Origin: Tubiluchus corallicola | Lineage: Eukaryota; Animalia; Priapulida | Direction of reading: 5' to 3' | NCBI GenBank assembly: GCA_030141605.1 | Contig: JAQGDQ010000450.1 | Coordinates: 1 to 64,000, forward strand | Length of the DNA: 64,000 nucleotides | In this document: positions 40,981 to 53,638 of the stretch, one piece after another | Numbering within the stretch: the first letter of the stretch is position 1 | Layout: each line of letters starts with the position of its first letter | Translations under genes and position numbers: made by a program | The notes under the pieces: model-generated | Seen by the model: the letters and a program-made list of their open reading frames with translations, nothing else | The model's database searches: none | What the model was told of the DNA's origin: nothing

Positions 40981-41509
40981 GTTGAAATAAGATCACCAAT
41001 ATAGTGGCAAGTCTATCAGTTTAACAGTTTAAGACCAGTATGTGAATGGAAATCCTATTCAGAGTCATTACTAGAACTTGTGGCAGGACCATTACCTAAA
41101 ATAATATACTCAATCCAATTGCACATAAAATAACAAAATACTGGTTTACCTGAAATAAATATATTTGGGAGAATCGTATACTAAATAATGCTTAATTTAA
41201 TAATCATAGTCAATATTCAATTACATAAGCGAAGGAGCAAGTGCTTGTCCGTGTCAATCTCTCTAGCTCATACAGAAACAGAGAGAATGGGGGCTAATAT
41301 TTCCATCGTCAGACACAGTGCACCGTGCTCCCTCAGTTAGTGGTATTAGTGGCTGATTTAACTGTTTGTGGCGTGTTGGGAAACATCTCGGGTAGAATAC
41401 TTCTAATACACAGTTGGGTGTCCACTTGGATCTACACATCAAATCGTCATAACATCTCGGGGTTTGGGAGCATAGACATACGTTGGACTTTTCAGACCAA
41501 TGAGCACAT

Positions 41510-41725
41510 CGAACAGTAACAACAATAACAGCAACAAAAATGGCAACAACAACAGAAATAACAAGACCTGCAACAGCAACAGCAGCAATAACAATAACAG
41601 CCGCAACTTCGGTAACTGCAGCAGCAGCAAAGTAACAAAATTAACAATGACAAAAGCTGTGATGATGACAATGATGTAAATAATAAACAAGAAACAAACA
41701 AAAACAAAGAAAAACAAAAGCAGCA
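41510..41725. repeat. degenerate (CAA/CAG)n low-complexity tract
   Basis: Directly visible. Confidence 0.8.
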
Positions 41726-42521
41726 ATGCGGGCCCCTCTATAATAGCTTGTTGGAGTAGGTTATATAAAATATGTTTTCCTTGTACCAAACTTTTCCAGT
41801 ATTAAACTCTTATTGGTACCCAACTTGTTCCGTACCGTTTTTATATCGTACCATATTTACTTGCAGAAAAAGTGCTTAACAAAACTTAGCCAGTGCTGTA
41901 TTTATCAGCACCATATTTTCCCGACACCAAAATTTCCTCGTACCAAAATTACCAGGATCAAATTTACTTGTACAAAACTCATTCGTACCGTGTGCCGTTT
42001 AAAATACTTTATATAAAGCTTTATTGCAAAAGTCTTATTATATACACCAACGCAAAGTGAAAAAATCTACTTTAGTTATATAAAATTTCAGTGCTTATTT
42101 CACTAACTGATCATGATTAACTGACGTATGTAATGCCACTAATTATAATTTTGTAATATTCTTTTTTGTCCTGAAGCAAATCAGTTTAATACATTTTGTT
42201 AAAAGCTACCATCGATTTTCTTTCAGTACCAATTTCTATCAACAGACAGTTAGTTCTGTAATGCTGATAACGCTCGCATTCTCGAATGATCAATAATGTG
42301 CGAACACGGTGATTAAATCATTTTATTGATCGTCCATAGCTGCAAGCAACTGTATCTACTAGCTGCTGCATTGCGCTGACGCCATGTCGATTTGCAAGTG
42401 TGGTTGTGACAGACAAGCTAAAAATTGTCAGGTTTTGAAGCAATGAAGGTGAAATCGGTTTTTAACGTGATTTGAAAATGATTGGGTCGTGTGAAATAGC
42501 TGCTTTATAACACAGATTGCA

Positions 42522-42681
42522 ATGCATCTTCGGCACAGATCTCGACAGTTGATTTGTTTCCTGTTTTGTGTCATTGTTTATGTTTTGATAAGAAACAACG
42601 CCATTGTTTTGACGGGTCTGGTGCAGATTGGTTTGCAGGTCGGTTCGTTGTTGACAGATCGGAAACTTTCTGATTTTGAAG
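42522..42681 (+). CDS. carbohydrate sulfotransferase, probable exon 1 (signal-anchor)
   Basis: MHLRHRSRQLICFLFCVIVYVLIRNN: basic tail plus hydrophobic helix (type II membrane); phase-1 donor GAAG|GTGCGT fits the phase-1 acceptor at 46888. Confidence 0.65.
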
Positions 42682-43462
42682 GTGCGTATAATGGCTTAAT
42701 TGTGGTATTTTCTAATTACAAACATGCGTTACAGGTAATTGCGTAACATTCAGACATTGTATAAAATTCTTAGCCATTTCATATAAAACACCTACTATAC
42801 ATTTCCGAAAAAGTGTGAAACACATGATGTTTTTGCTGCGGTATGTTCATACTTTACTTAGACGTTTGGTGTAACAGCTAAGCTGTTTACAGAACTCGAA
42901 AAGCTCGAGGCTTTGGCGAAGTATAAAATCAACATAATTCATTCCTAGATTGTTTGTGCAATACCTAGGCATTGTATAGAATGCGTAAAACTGTATAGTC
43001 AATGTATTAAGTTTAAGTTCAAGTAAACAGGTGAGTTAATTGTTTTATTGGTATCCTATCCTAAAAAGCATCTATAGAAAGTAAAAATATAGCTGAGTAA
43101 CAACAAGTAAATAATATATATAGCGGACATTTAAAAAATGTGGTATTGAACAATCGATATAATGTGGATCGCACAGTATGTTCATTTTCCAGCATCATTT
43201 CTTTCTTGTACAAACACTATGTGATTGTTTTTCTTTTGGAACTACCATAACATCATAGGCAATATCGAGGAGGCGTATTTTTCGCCCTGACGTTAGTCAT
43301 TTTAAACATAATTAATTAATTTCTGGTACATTTCGTCACGTAGAAAACAGTGTTCGTTGGTTTATTTACCTGCCCTTTTCAAATTCAGTGTAAAAACCGT
43401 TCTTTCATTTTAATCACGCAGTAGTTAGGTGTTTCTACATCCATCTTGTATGAAACATAATA

Positions 43463-43925
43463 ATCCTTTTCACAGTTCCAGCGATTGATGCTGATCGTGA
43501 AAAGGCCAAAGGTTAAGTGCACCAGATAACGCATTTGGGTACACTTGACAACGCCTCGACACCCATGCTGTTGTAATAGTAATAGTTTTAACAGCTAGCT
43601 AGAAGCTAACCTAGTTCATATTTTCTCGTTCCAAGCAAGAGCCTGCTAGTAAAAAACTCTACACACAAATCAATGCATAATTAAGTAAAATCCATGTAAA
43701 CAGCTGAAGTGCTGAACTGATGTGGCAGGCGGCTTTGCTTTACCCACAAATCAATCCATTATTAAGTAAAGTCCATGTAAAACAGCTGAAGTTACCGAAC
43801 TGATGTGGCAGAAGGCTTGTTTTACACACAGGTCACGTGACAGTTGTAGACGCATTGCGGTGGTACACTTAACCTTTGACCCACAGCAACTGTGCGTGCC
43901 CACAACGAAACTATGAAAAGGCTTA
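43463..43925. mobile_element. PIF/Harbinger-like MITE
   Basis: ccttttcacagtt ... aactatgaaaaggctta. Confidence 0.65.
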
Positions 43926-44122
43926 CCAAAATGGAAGTGCTAATGTTCTTCGATCTTGCACGTCATCCTTCCTCAGTTAAATGATTCCATTAAAAATCAT
44001 GGGAAGCGTTTCCTGTTGTTATGAATCTGTTTTTTTTCGTAAAAATTTAGCAATCACATCGTTGGAGCAGATCCATTCATAGATTAGAATGAAAGAAACC
44101 CCGCCCATGCATCATTGTGTAG

Positions 44123-44182
44123 GGCAGATCCACTTATCGCACACTTTGTACCGGATTCAAGAACACAACACTGCTACAACAG
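44123..44182 (+). CDS. possible 60-nt stem exon of the sulfotransferase
   Basis: tgtag|GG...ACA G|gtgtag, phase 1-1, open frame (GQIHLSHTLYRIQEHNTATT); splice sites are weak. Confidence 0.25.
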
Positions 44183-44269
44183 GTGTAGTAGCTGTGAAAA
44201 TTATGGAATAATCATGCAACCAGAACGTTTGCTCGAAATTCGCGCATTTTCTAGAACAAAATTAGCGTT

Positions 44270-44510
44270 ATATAATAGTAATAATAATACACTGTAATAA
44301 TATTAGTAAGTCGGCTTTTTGGGTTAACAATTAACATAATAATTTTATGTCAGTATAATTATATTATAAGCTCAGAGGTTTTTTCGCCGACTGTAAATAA
44401 CTATCTAAACCTATGTAACAGGCTAAAGTCTTTGGCATGACCAGGTCGCTGTATTGAACTCACGACCTGCCAGGCGGAAAGCGGACGCATCACCACTAGA
44501 CTAAACTGTC
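44270..44510 (-). mobile_element. degenerate tRNA-derived SINE copy
   Basis: gaactcacgacctgccag...ccactagactaaac, same head as 507 and 27605. Confidence 0.75.
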
Positions 44511-45237
44511 TGGTCTATAGATAGCTGTGGATAAAATGCCTAAGAAAATTTTATGAAAACAATTGGTCATTCGTTTTGCATTCACATTATCTAAACTTTA
44601 TTCAACATTATGATGCCTAAGAGAAGTGTAGAAGAAATTATTTTAGAAATTTTGTTGTTTTTTTTAGAAAATTAGTTTGTTTTGGCATTTCATAGAATGC
44701 CTGTAGGCAGGCTATAGAATACCCTGTTACACACTTTCCAGTCTTTCCTGATCTATATTTGTAACAAGTCAGCATATCAAACGACGTTTCGGTTTTTGTT
44801 ACGATTGTGTATTCTGAAACACCTGTGTGAGCTAAATTTAGTATGGTTGCCGAAAATCCAATGGTTCCGTTTCCGGCCATCCGGACTGAGATGAAATAAG
44901 TGGCAGTGACACTACGTGGAAATCGTGCACATCAATGAGTACCAGTTAGGGTAAACTACTGGGTAAAGGCACACAGTATTACAATTTTATATTATTACAA
45001 TATTACAGTAACTAAGTTACTGCTTTAGGTTTTTTCCTTTGAACTTGGGTAAATCTCCATTCCATAAAAAATATACGAAAGAATAGACTTGGTTAATTTA
45101 AATGCGTTAAGGAGTATTGTACATTCGCAACCACTAATGTTACCCTCACAGTAAGTGATTTTTTAGTAATTTTCTTGATCTTTTATTTGTAAGATGCATT
45201 TGATCATCATGTAAAATGCATTAAAAATATTCAATAA

Positions 45238-45290
<53 letters not shown>

Positions 45291-46887
45291 GCGCGCTTTC
45301 CACGTAGTGTCACTATTGTGGGTAAAATGGCTGATCTAGACTCCAGTGCTCACAACCATTTAAAGTTAGGAAAACTCAGTTTTAAGTACCTTATCTGCTT
45401 TACAGCACACACCAAGAAGAGGAAGTGAGGAAGCCAGGAGACGGGTTGTGGGGTGGTGGTGGGGGTATCCAACATACAGTCATAATTGCCATTATTATAA
45501 CGTGTTGTTATTTTGTTATTGTACTGAGTAGCAGCTGTGGTCGACTTGCTATCGATTCCGAAGTGGGAAGGTCAAACATCAAGGTCATATAACAGCAGCT
45601 TACAGTCTGAATTGGAATGATAAAATTGGGTTTATTCAGAAAGCATGTCTGTTCTTCCACACCAGAGGCACCATTTCTTGTGAACTTCAGTTTTAGCAGA
45701 TACCATGCATGCTACATAATAAACAGTTTCATACTCTTTTCAGTGGCTGTCGTTTTTCCAAAGTTCATGAAGTAGTTAAGCAGCACAGGAAAGTCGAAAA
45801 TATGCAAGCACAAAACAAGCACATTTCTCAGCACACGAGTTACATCGTTGATCCAGACCTTGACGTTAAAGAAAAACTGGTCGATTGATTAGACTCATTC
45901 TCATTTTAATTTACTGCCCAAAATATACATTTTCTTGTCTATAAAGGTTAGCAATTGTTTCTAATATTTAAATAATTAGCTTGGAAAGTTAGGTAGCGGC
46001 AATTGAAGACGGCTATCACTTGCGTCACAAACTAACCGCAGTTTGTGCAATGGAAAGCAGCTTCCCTGCGCATCAAGCACGTTCGCGTAAGCAAAAATTA
46101 CTATAACACGCTGATGTGATGTCACGAAAATGAGCTCTACATCACACACGATGAACACTGCAGTTCATGGTCACACTTACCGCAGTACCGCGCCTACTTG
46201 TCAGTCACACGAATGTGACAAAAAGGCGCCATTGCCAGTCTTAGTGGAGCTCCTGAGACCTGCGGAGCTTTGAAAGTTTAACAAAATTTAACTATCCGAT
46301 GTAATTTTTGTTTAATCTAAGCTTTGATAAAAAAGCTTTTGTAGTTTTAAATATTTTAGAGCATACTTTGTTCTGAACTAATGTCTACATAATCGTTCGG
46401 TTTCCTTTAATTTTCAACCTCATGGCTCATTTGGATTTGAGCAGCTGGGCCTGATATGAAATTGATTGCAATGATGGAAGTTACACTTGAATATAAAGAT
46501 CTTGACTTGCAAAATGACAACAGCTAAATTCATGAATAAGATTAACTCAACAGTAAGGGGACGTGTGAGGTTAAGTTAAGCCTCAAAGTTGTTTATGGTG
46601 TCTAGCAGAAATAATAATTGCTAAATACCATATGAATGTCTCAAAAGTCAAGCATAATAAGCAATTGATTCAGATGCCGTAATACAGATTCTTGCTGCAA
46701 TGTAAGTCTTTTTCATATAAAAATGATTGCCAGCACCCTATTAAGCAAAGGCATGCTTTTATCCAGCCGTATACATCTGCAACGAAGCCATGTCTTTGCT
46801 TAAGTGGGTGCTGGCAATGTTTTTAATATTAAGAATTCGTTTTGCTCATCACCGGTCAGTTTCTTAAGTATTTTTTTTCTTTTCCAG

Positions 46888-47888
46888 GGACACGTTCACG
46901 CCTCAGGAAGGTTATTGCGATAGTGACACGTGCAAGGTGTGGTTCCTCATTTACTGGTGAGATGTTTGATAAACATCCTGACGTTTTTTACATCTACGAG
47001 CCTCTGCATGAACTATTCAGTCAGTACAATGTGTCCTGGTTACTTGTCAAAGACAATACACTTACAAGAGCTCAGAAAACAAAACTAAAAACACGAATTC
47101 TAGGGAATATATTAAACTGCAAACCAGATGAGTATTATCCTAGCGAATATCATAGTCGTGATAACTCAGTGGGACATGGACTTATGCGGCAATCGAGCGC
47201 CATTAGGAGATTTGTGTCATGCGAATCACTGCCACATCTTGCGCAAAGTTACACGAGGAAACAATGTCGCAAAATCACGCTGTATGATTTCCAGCAAAAC
47301 AAGGCAGTGCTTTATCCTCGGGTATGTCTGGCTTACAATTATTCTGTTGCTAAGTTGATACGCATGACCGTATCCGAAGCTGGAGAACTCCTCAACCGTT
47401 ATGATATAAATTTACATATTTTGCATTTAATACGAGATCCACGCGGAATGCTGAGGTCGTGGTATCAACACGCAATCAATGAGAAACCAATCGCAGCTAT
47501 TCAAAGCGATGCAAGTAATTTCTGTGATAGCATTTATCAAGATGTGCTAGATGGCGCTGCTTTGAAGAGGAAATACCCTAATAGGTACATGCTTCTCCGC
47601 TACGAAGATCTTGCAGCTGAACCAAAGTCGAAAATAGCCGAAGTTTACAAGTTTCTGAACATTCCTCTTCATTCCGATGTGCTGCATTGGGTAGACCAGA
47701 ACACCTTTGCTACAGCAAACAGAACAAATCTAATGGAGGACACATTCAACCATTGGAGGAGAAATTCTACCAAGACCTCATTGCAGTGGATGTCAGATGT
47801 GTCGGAAGCTGCCATCAAAGCCATTGAGGAGAGATGCATTAAACTTTTAAAAGTGGCTCACTATCCAATACTGCATTATAGACATTAA
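46888..47888 (+). CDS. carbohydrate sulfotransferase (CHST1/3/4/5-like Gal/GlcNAc-6-O-sulfotransferase), catalytic exon
   Basis: 5'-PSB TRARCGSSFTGEMF, YIYEPLH, 3'-PB HLIRDPRGMLRS, LRYEDL; acceptor tttccag|. Confidence 0.9.
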
Positions 47889-48354
47889 GTGATCCAGACT
47901 TATGCTTTTGCATAAATAAGGTTACACATATCGATTTCTTGTTGATAAACTATATTAGACAAATCGTGGCCAAGTTGGTTAGTGCAGGAATGGCATTTCC
48001 TTTGTTGCCTTTTATGTTGTGTTTTTGAAATTATTCTGGTGTAGTTTTGCGGTCATTTATAATACAATTTGTAGTGGTTTTACAGTCATTCTATTTGAAT
48101 TACTTAAATACGCATATTATGTTCTTTCCTTTGTTTTACATTCTTCCATTGAGATAAAAAAAATTATTTTTTCCCATAACAAAATTAATAGTAAGAACTG
48201 AAAATACCTTGCAATCATACAAAGGGAAAAGGGTGGAAAAAAGCTGAAGTTATCTAATCCGACGCCTTTTTCAAGATGTAGAAATTATTAGTTTACTAGC
48301 AGCATTTGCAGTTGCTAAAGCTAATGGATAGGCAGTAAACAAAATAATATTAAC

Positions 48355-48837
48355 TAGTGATGGGCGATTTTGAAATTTTGAAATTCAATTATAACCTTGT
48401 TCTTGTAATTTGATATCACGATTAATCTTTTGCGGCAATTTTTAGTGTTTTATCCGTATTTTTCGACTGCGGTGAAATATAACCGATAACTTCTTCACAT
48501 CTTCATCGTTGCCTGCCATTTTCATACTCGGAAACTATTTTTCTAGGCACATACCTGCTTTTTCATTAGCTACTGTCTAACTACATCACTACACACGTCA
48601 CATATCATCAAATTTGGAGCCACGTGTTTGCAGCATTCGGTTTATTTGTGCTAACATACTTTCGTTTGCAGCATTCGGGTTATTTGTGCTAACATACTTT
48701 CTTTTAGTCAGTGTGTAACACGTATATTTTGCTCTTGATTAATTTAATTACTATTCAATCGTCGAATAAATTGATTTACACATGCTTATGCTTGCAATCG
48801 CTATTAATTCAATTAATCTATTAATCGCCCATCGCTA
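48355..48837. mobile_element. hAT-like MITE (relative of 19037-19527)
   Basis: TIRs tagtgatgggcgatt / aatcgcccatcgcta. Confidence 0.75.
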
Positions 48838-49136
48838 ATGTTAATACACTAATTAACTCATAATTAAGTTAGAATTAACCTATAATGAATTGGGAAAATT
48901 CATACAGCAGGTTTGTAATAATCTAAGTAAGAGGATGATATAAAACAACCATGCAAAAACTCAAAATAAACCAAAATAAAAATAAAGCCTATAGATATAA
49001 AAGATATGATAATTCATGCAGAACTAATAACTAAATCAGTCTGGTTGTGAAACAATGAACAGTCATAGTTATCAAATCTGCCTTTCATTACAATTCCCTT
49101 ACGAAAAAGTATCGTTGCATTCAACGTATGCAACAA

Positions 49137-52100
49137 GGGCTGTAGGTCAAAGGACCGCCAGACAAAGGACCACTGGTCAAAGCATCACCACGGACAAAGC
49201 ACAACTGGTCAAAGAACCACCAGTCAAAAAACCGCCAAACAAAAATTAGCAAACCAAGGAAATGTCAACCGAAAAATCATTGTGCTTTGTGTAGAGACAT
49301 TTACATCAGTAATTTGCAGAGATTAAACTGTAATTATTTATGTTTCATTATCCTTCTAGTCACTTGGCCAAAATACTGTTTTTATGCATCAAAAATTCGC
49401 TGTGCTATAGATTTTGAAGAACTAAAAAAATTAAATTTAAATCTTTAAAAACTTTCAAGATATGTAAAAAAATTAAGTTTAACTTTATTAGGTTTAACGA
49501 AGAAGTTTGGAAATAATATCTTAATGAGAATGACGTGATCGCTGAAAACCAATTCTGTCTTTAATTGGGCCTTTCTTTGGTAATTAACATTACAGCAGTC
49601 CTTTGGAGTTAAGATGTTACAGCAATGACAAAGAAATCGTATCTACGGGGTGGTACGCTCATATCTCGGTTTGTCAGACAAAAGCGGTACGAATTCGGTC
49701 CGAATTTCCAGATTGTCCGTATTTACCGATACAGTATTAAGCTAATACAGAAGGTGCAGTGTATTAGACTCAGGGTAATGTAGTATCAATTGACGTCTAG
49801 TATAATGTCAATCATTTTCGTTGACTGCCCAATCAGCGTGCAAGGTATTTCACACGCCCCTGCAGCAGGTAATTTCGGGACATTTAGCTCCGTCTAACAC
49901 TGTTATGAAAAATACTCAACTTTCCATTAGTTAGCGGGAAAAATATTGGCCTGGTTCTAGATTTTATTATTGTCACCTGAAATTGCAATTGAATTGGTGG
50001 AAATATATAGTCTAGTTTCATTTATAGGAAGAAATGCACAACGCTTATGTCTATGAGTTACTGATTAAACCATTTTGTAATCAATAAAATACGCAGTTTA
50101 GTTTAGTTTATGGCTTTGCAAGTTAGATAAAAACAACTATTTGATTAACTTTAAATAAGAACAAAACAAAAGTTTTTGTTTTCTGGCCAGTTTTTATAAA
50201 CCTCAATGAGATCTTCACAGTCAACATTAATTCAAATGTGGTCAAAACTTATATTATACATCAATGTAATATTGTACGCTATTTTTCCGGTTATAATCAA
50301 GGTTAAAAGATACCATTGGGACTTATGTGCCTCGGGCATTCAATATAAGGGTCGTCTATGGAATGGAACAGTCAAATTTATTTCATTTCCGCAACTTGAC
50401 AAACGGAAGATACAAAAACTTAATAAATCTTGCAGACGAGCACATGATTAGCTAACTGGCTTACTTTCTTATTATATTTATATCTCTGTATTTTGTAGTG
50501 CTTTGAAACTTCGTCTCTACATTTTGTTTATTGAAGTCATTTTTTGTCTACTTGAAGTGTTAATTTCGTGTTAAAATAGCTCCTGCTCTGCAAGTTTGTA
50601 TTTATGAAAAAGTGCAATCAGTTTATCTGCTGATTAGATATTAGTTGTGACTGTCATGTTATTTAGTTTAGTTTAGTCTAGCTCAGACAGTTGTTGTCCT
50701 GCGTGAGATGTTGTCCCGAATGCTGCTTAGCGTACTTATGTTGCAGCGGGGGCGGAGCGATAGACCAACATGTTTGACGTCAAAAACTTTCAAAAACGCT
50801 AACTACGGACCGCTCCTGACATAGAAGCTACTCTAGTGTCGTTACACGTTGTCTTGGATGTAATGATGTAAACAAAGAGACGGCCCGCCAACTAGTGGTC
50901 AGCTCGTGAAACAACGGTCTGTGCCCTCCCTTAGTACGCAGGACCTTTAAAGATTCAGATTTTGTTCGATTTTTCCGATATCCGGTAAAGCGAGGTCCGG
51001 CAAACCGTAATATGAATGTAAATAGCAAAGTTTGTTTTTATAAGGATGGCACCTGCATGAAATTTTGAATGCAATGATGAGGCTACATTATTTCGAAACC
51101 TATTTCTGATAAACACTAATTAAGATGAGACAGAGGGAGCAAACATGTGTTAATTTACTTATTTTATTAACAGAATAATCTACAAAGCTTAACTAAAGAT
51201 TTTTCTGAATGTGTTACAAAAGTATACGAGTTGTGCATCCAACTAACCATTAAGATCTGCATAAACAATCAGTGTACATCTTAGATAAGATACTGTTGTT
51301 GTTTTGACTAGCTAAGACAGTAGTGATTACTACAAAAAGCAAGTGACAATATAAACGTACATATTTAGAGAAATATGACAATAATAGCAATGAAATATTA
51401 AATTTCATTAAGATTCCGCATATAGCAGAATCTTATTGGAAATAATCGTTTATTTCTTTATTGTGTTCTCTGCTGCGACAGTGAATAACTCCAAAACGAT
51501 GGTACCTAGAATCTCCAAACTTGGTGGTGAGTGGGGACAGGCAGGGGTGTTGTGACTTTTGACCTGGGGTCAAAGGGCCAAGGACACTGAGATCAGTTAG
51601 TTTTTCCTTTGTCGCTCAACTCCTCCTAGGGCATTGAGTTAAAGTCAATTTTTTCACAGGTATTTAGGCCTTGGGGTTTTAAAAACATGGGATTCTTTAA
51701 GGGCCCGAGATGGGGCCAAAATGCGGAAATTAGGGCAAACGTCTTTGTCACTCAACTCCTCTTACAGTATTGGTATTGGACTAGGAGTCAATGTTTATGC
51801 ATGTGTGGGCAGTCGGGTTGGTGTAGATGTGCAGTAAGTATTTTTCGAAAAGTGGGCGTGGCCTGGTCACAGGACATGAGCAAAAGTGTTAAAATGGGGT
51901 TTGGTCAATAACTGCATATGCATGAGAGCTAGGTAACCGGGCAAGAGTAGCTGCGTATTAAGTATTTTTCGAAAGGTGGACGTGCACATTACCTAGGTGA
52001 AAGTGTTCAAATGAGATTGCAATAAAATGGTTTTCTTGGGTAACCAAGCTCGGAGAATTCAGCAGTAGCAAAATTATGATCTTCTGACAAGGATCAAGTC

Positions 52101-52707
52101 AGCGAAGATTTTTCACAATCAGCACTGGTTGTCCTTTGTCCACCCGCCAAACTGGTGGTCCTTTGCCCACTTGTAAAGCGTTGATTGTGAAAGATCTTTG
52201 CGGGTCTTTTAAAGTGCAGGGCCTATTTCAGGGGGTGGGGGGATACTTCCCTGGGGCCTCACCATCCAGGGGGGCCTCGCTCCGAGGTAACATTTTTTTT
52301 GCTTTATGCGAACATACTGCCTCCTCTCCCCCTCTCTCTCTTGCCGTACACGCGCCGTTTGCAAAGATGTTGTTTTTGATTTGACTATTTGACAAGTATT
52401 AAGGACTGGTCTTGAGAATAAAGCAGTTTTTCTTTCAATTGTTCTTTCCTTTAACAACTGTATAACTCCTTATTTTCTTTTCGAAAATGCTTGTCCGGCA
52501 TTCTAGCAGTTCAAAATTTTCTTGGCAGCAACCATGGTGGCCCCCCCCCCCCCGAGGTGGCCTCACACGCCCACTTCCCCGGGCCTCGCTTAGGCTGAAA
52601 TAGGCCCTATCAAAGTGTAGTCCTAAAGGTAGTCCTTTGTCCATGGTCTTTTGTCTGGTGATCACTTGACCAGTGGTCCATTGTCCGGTGATCGCACGAC
52701 CATCCCC
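49137..52707. mobile_element. putative non-autonomous DNA transposon bounded by inverted 15-bp-repeat arrays, with nested insertions
   Basis: (ggwcaaaggaccacy)n at 49145-49245 on + and at 52620-52701 on -; possible degenerate TSD tgcaacaa/aggaacaa. Confidence 0.45.
52217..52609. mobile_element. hAT-like MITE
   Basis: TIRs cagggcctatttcag / ctgaaataggcccta; 8-bp TSD ttaaagtg/tcaaagtg. Confidence 0.8.
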
Positions 52708-53638
52708 AGGAACAACACGGATTGGAGAGAGTTTGTTTAAAAGATCTTCTAAACTCCGTCATGAGTGCCGCATAGATTGCAGGATTGATGGCACTGTTTG
52801 CATAACTCAACCACACTGTTAGAATATGAACCTCTCGTATGTCACAAGACCAGTCACACAATAGCAGAACAAAAGGGTAGCCAAAGAAAGGCATCCAGCA
52901 AAGCACAAACACCAACACAACGATACCCAAATTTCGGGTTGCCTTTAGCTGTTTTATCATGCTCAGTGTATTGCCACTGTGTCTCAGCTCTCTCTGGTTA
53001 ACGGCCTCCACTTTTTGTGATTGCCTCCAGGCTGCAAACCAAGTTCTTGCATACAGAATCAATACGAGAATACAGGACAGACCAAAGACAAAAATTCCTT
53101 TGACTTCTGCGTATATCTTCATTAGAGGATCATGTCGCTTGTGTGTCCACCTGAAGCCAGTTGCCACGAATGCTTCACCGAATGAAAGAAGCCACGTTGT
53201 GGTAAGAGACATTGTTAACGTAGCTTTGGTAAAATAACGACTGTATTTGAAAGGATGCAAGACAAAAACGTATCTTTCCGCAGATATTAACCACACATGT
53301 ACAACGCCAACGTTCTGCATAAAATTCTCAACCAGGAGGAAAATATGAAAGAGTAAAGTATCTCTATTTGTGGGTATGTTTGTAACTAAAAACAAAGGTG
53401 CGACCACTGTCCCAACCAACAAGTCTGATGCCGCGAGTGAGGCAATGATAGCATTTGTAAGTGTTCTTAACTGTAGGTTTTTTTGCACAGCCGTCAACAC
53501 CAAACCATTACCAAAAGAAGCACAAAAAATCACAGTACTGAAGCTGAGTACGTCTAAAACGATTTTTGTTGTGCTTAAGGTAGGATGATCCTCGTGTTCT
53601 ATTGCTGTGGATAGAAACGTGTTATTTCTTAGATTCAT
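52610..53638 (-). CDS. intronless rhodopsin-class (class A) GPCR, amine/adenosine-receptor-like
   Basis: Seven hydrophobic segments; GN (TM1), SLAASD (TM2), ERY (DRY variant), CWMP (TM6), NSAINPAIY (TM7). Confidence 0.93.
   Translation of the reverse strand: MNLRNNTFLSTAIEHEDHPTLSTTKIVLDVLSFSTVIFCASFGNGLVLTAVQKNLQLRTLTNAIIASLAASDLLVGTVVAPLFLVTNIPTNRDTLLFHIFLLVENFMQNVGVVHVWLISAERYVFVLHPFKYSRYFTKATLTMSLTTTWLLSFGEAFVATGFRWTHKRHDPLMKIYAEVKGIFVFGLSCILVLILYARTWFAAWRQSQKVEAVNQRELRHSGNTLSMIKQLKATRNLGIVVLVFVLCWMPFFGYPFVLLLCDWSCDIREVHILTVWLSYANSAINPAIYAALMTEFRRSFKQTLSNPCCSWGWSCDHRTMDHWSSDHQTKDHGQRTTFRTTL

Noticed and set aside
41060-41500. possible minus-strand exons (e.g. GNGPATSSSNDSE*)
   Set aside because: No recognisable homology and no consistent gene model.
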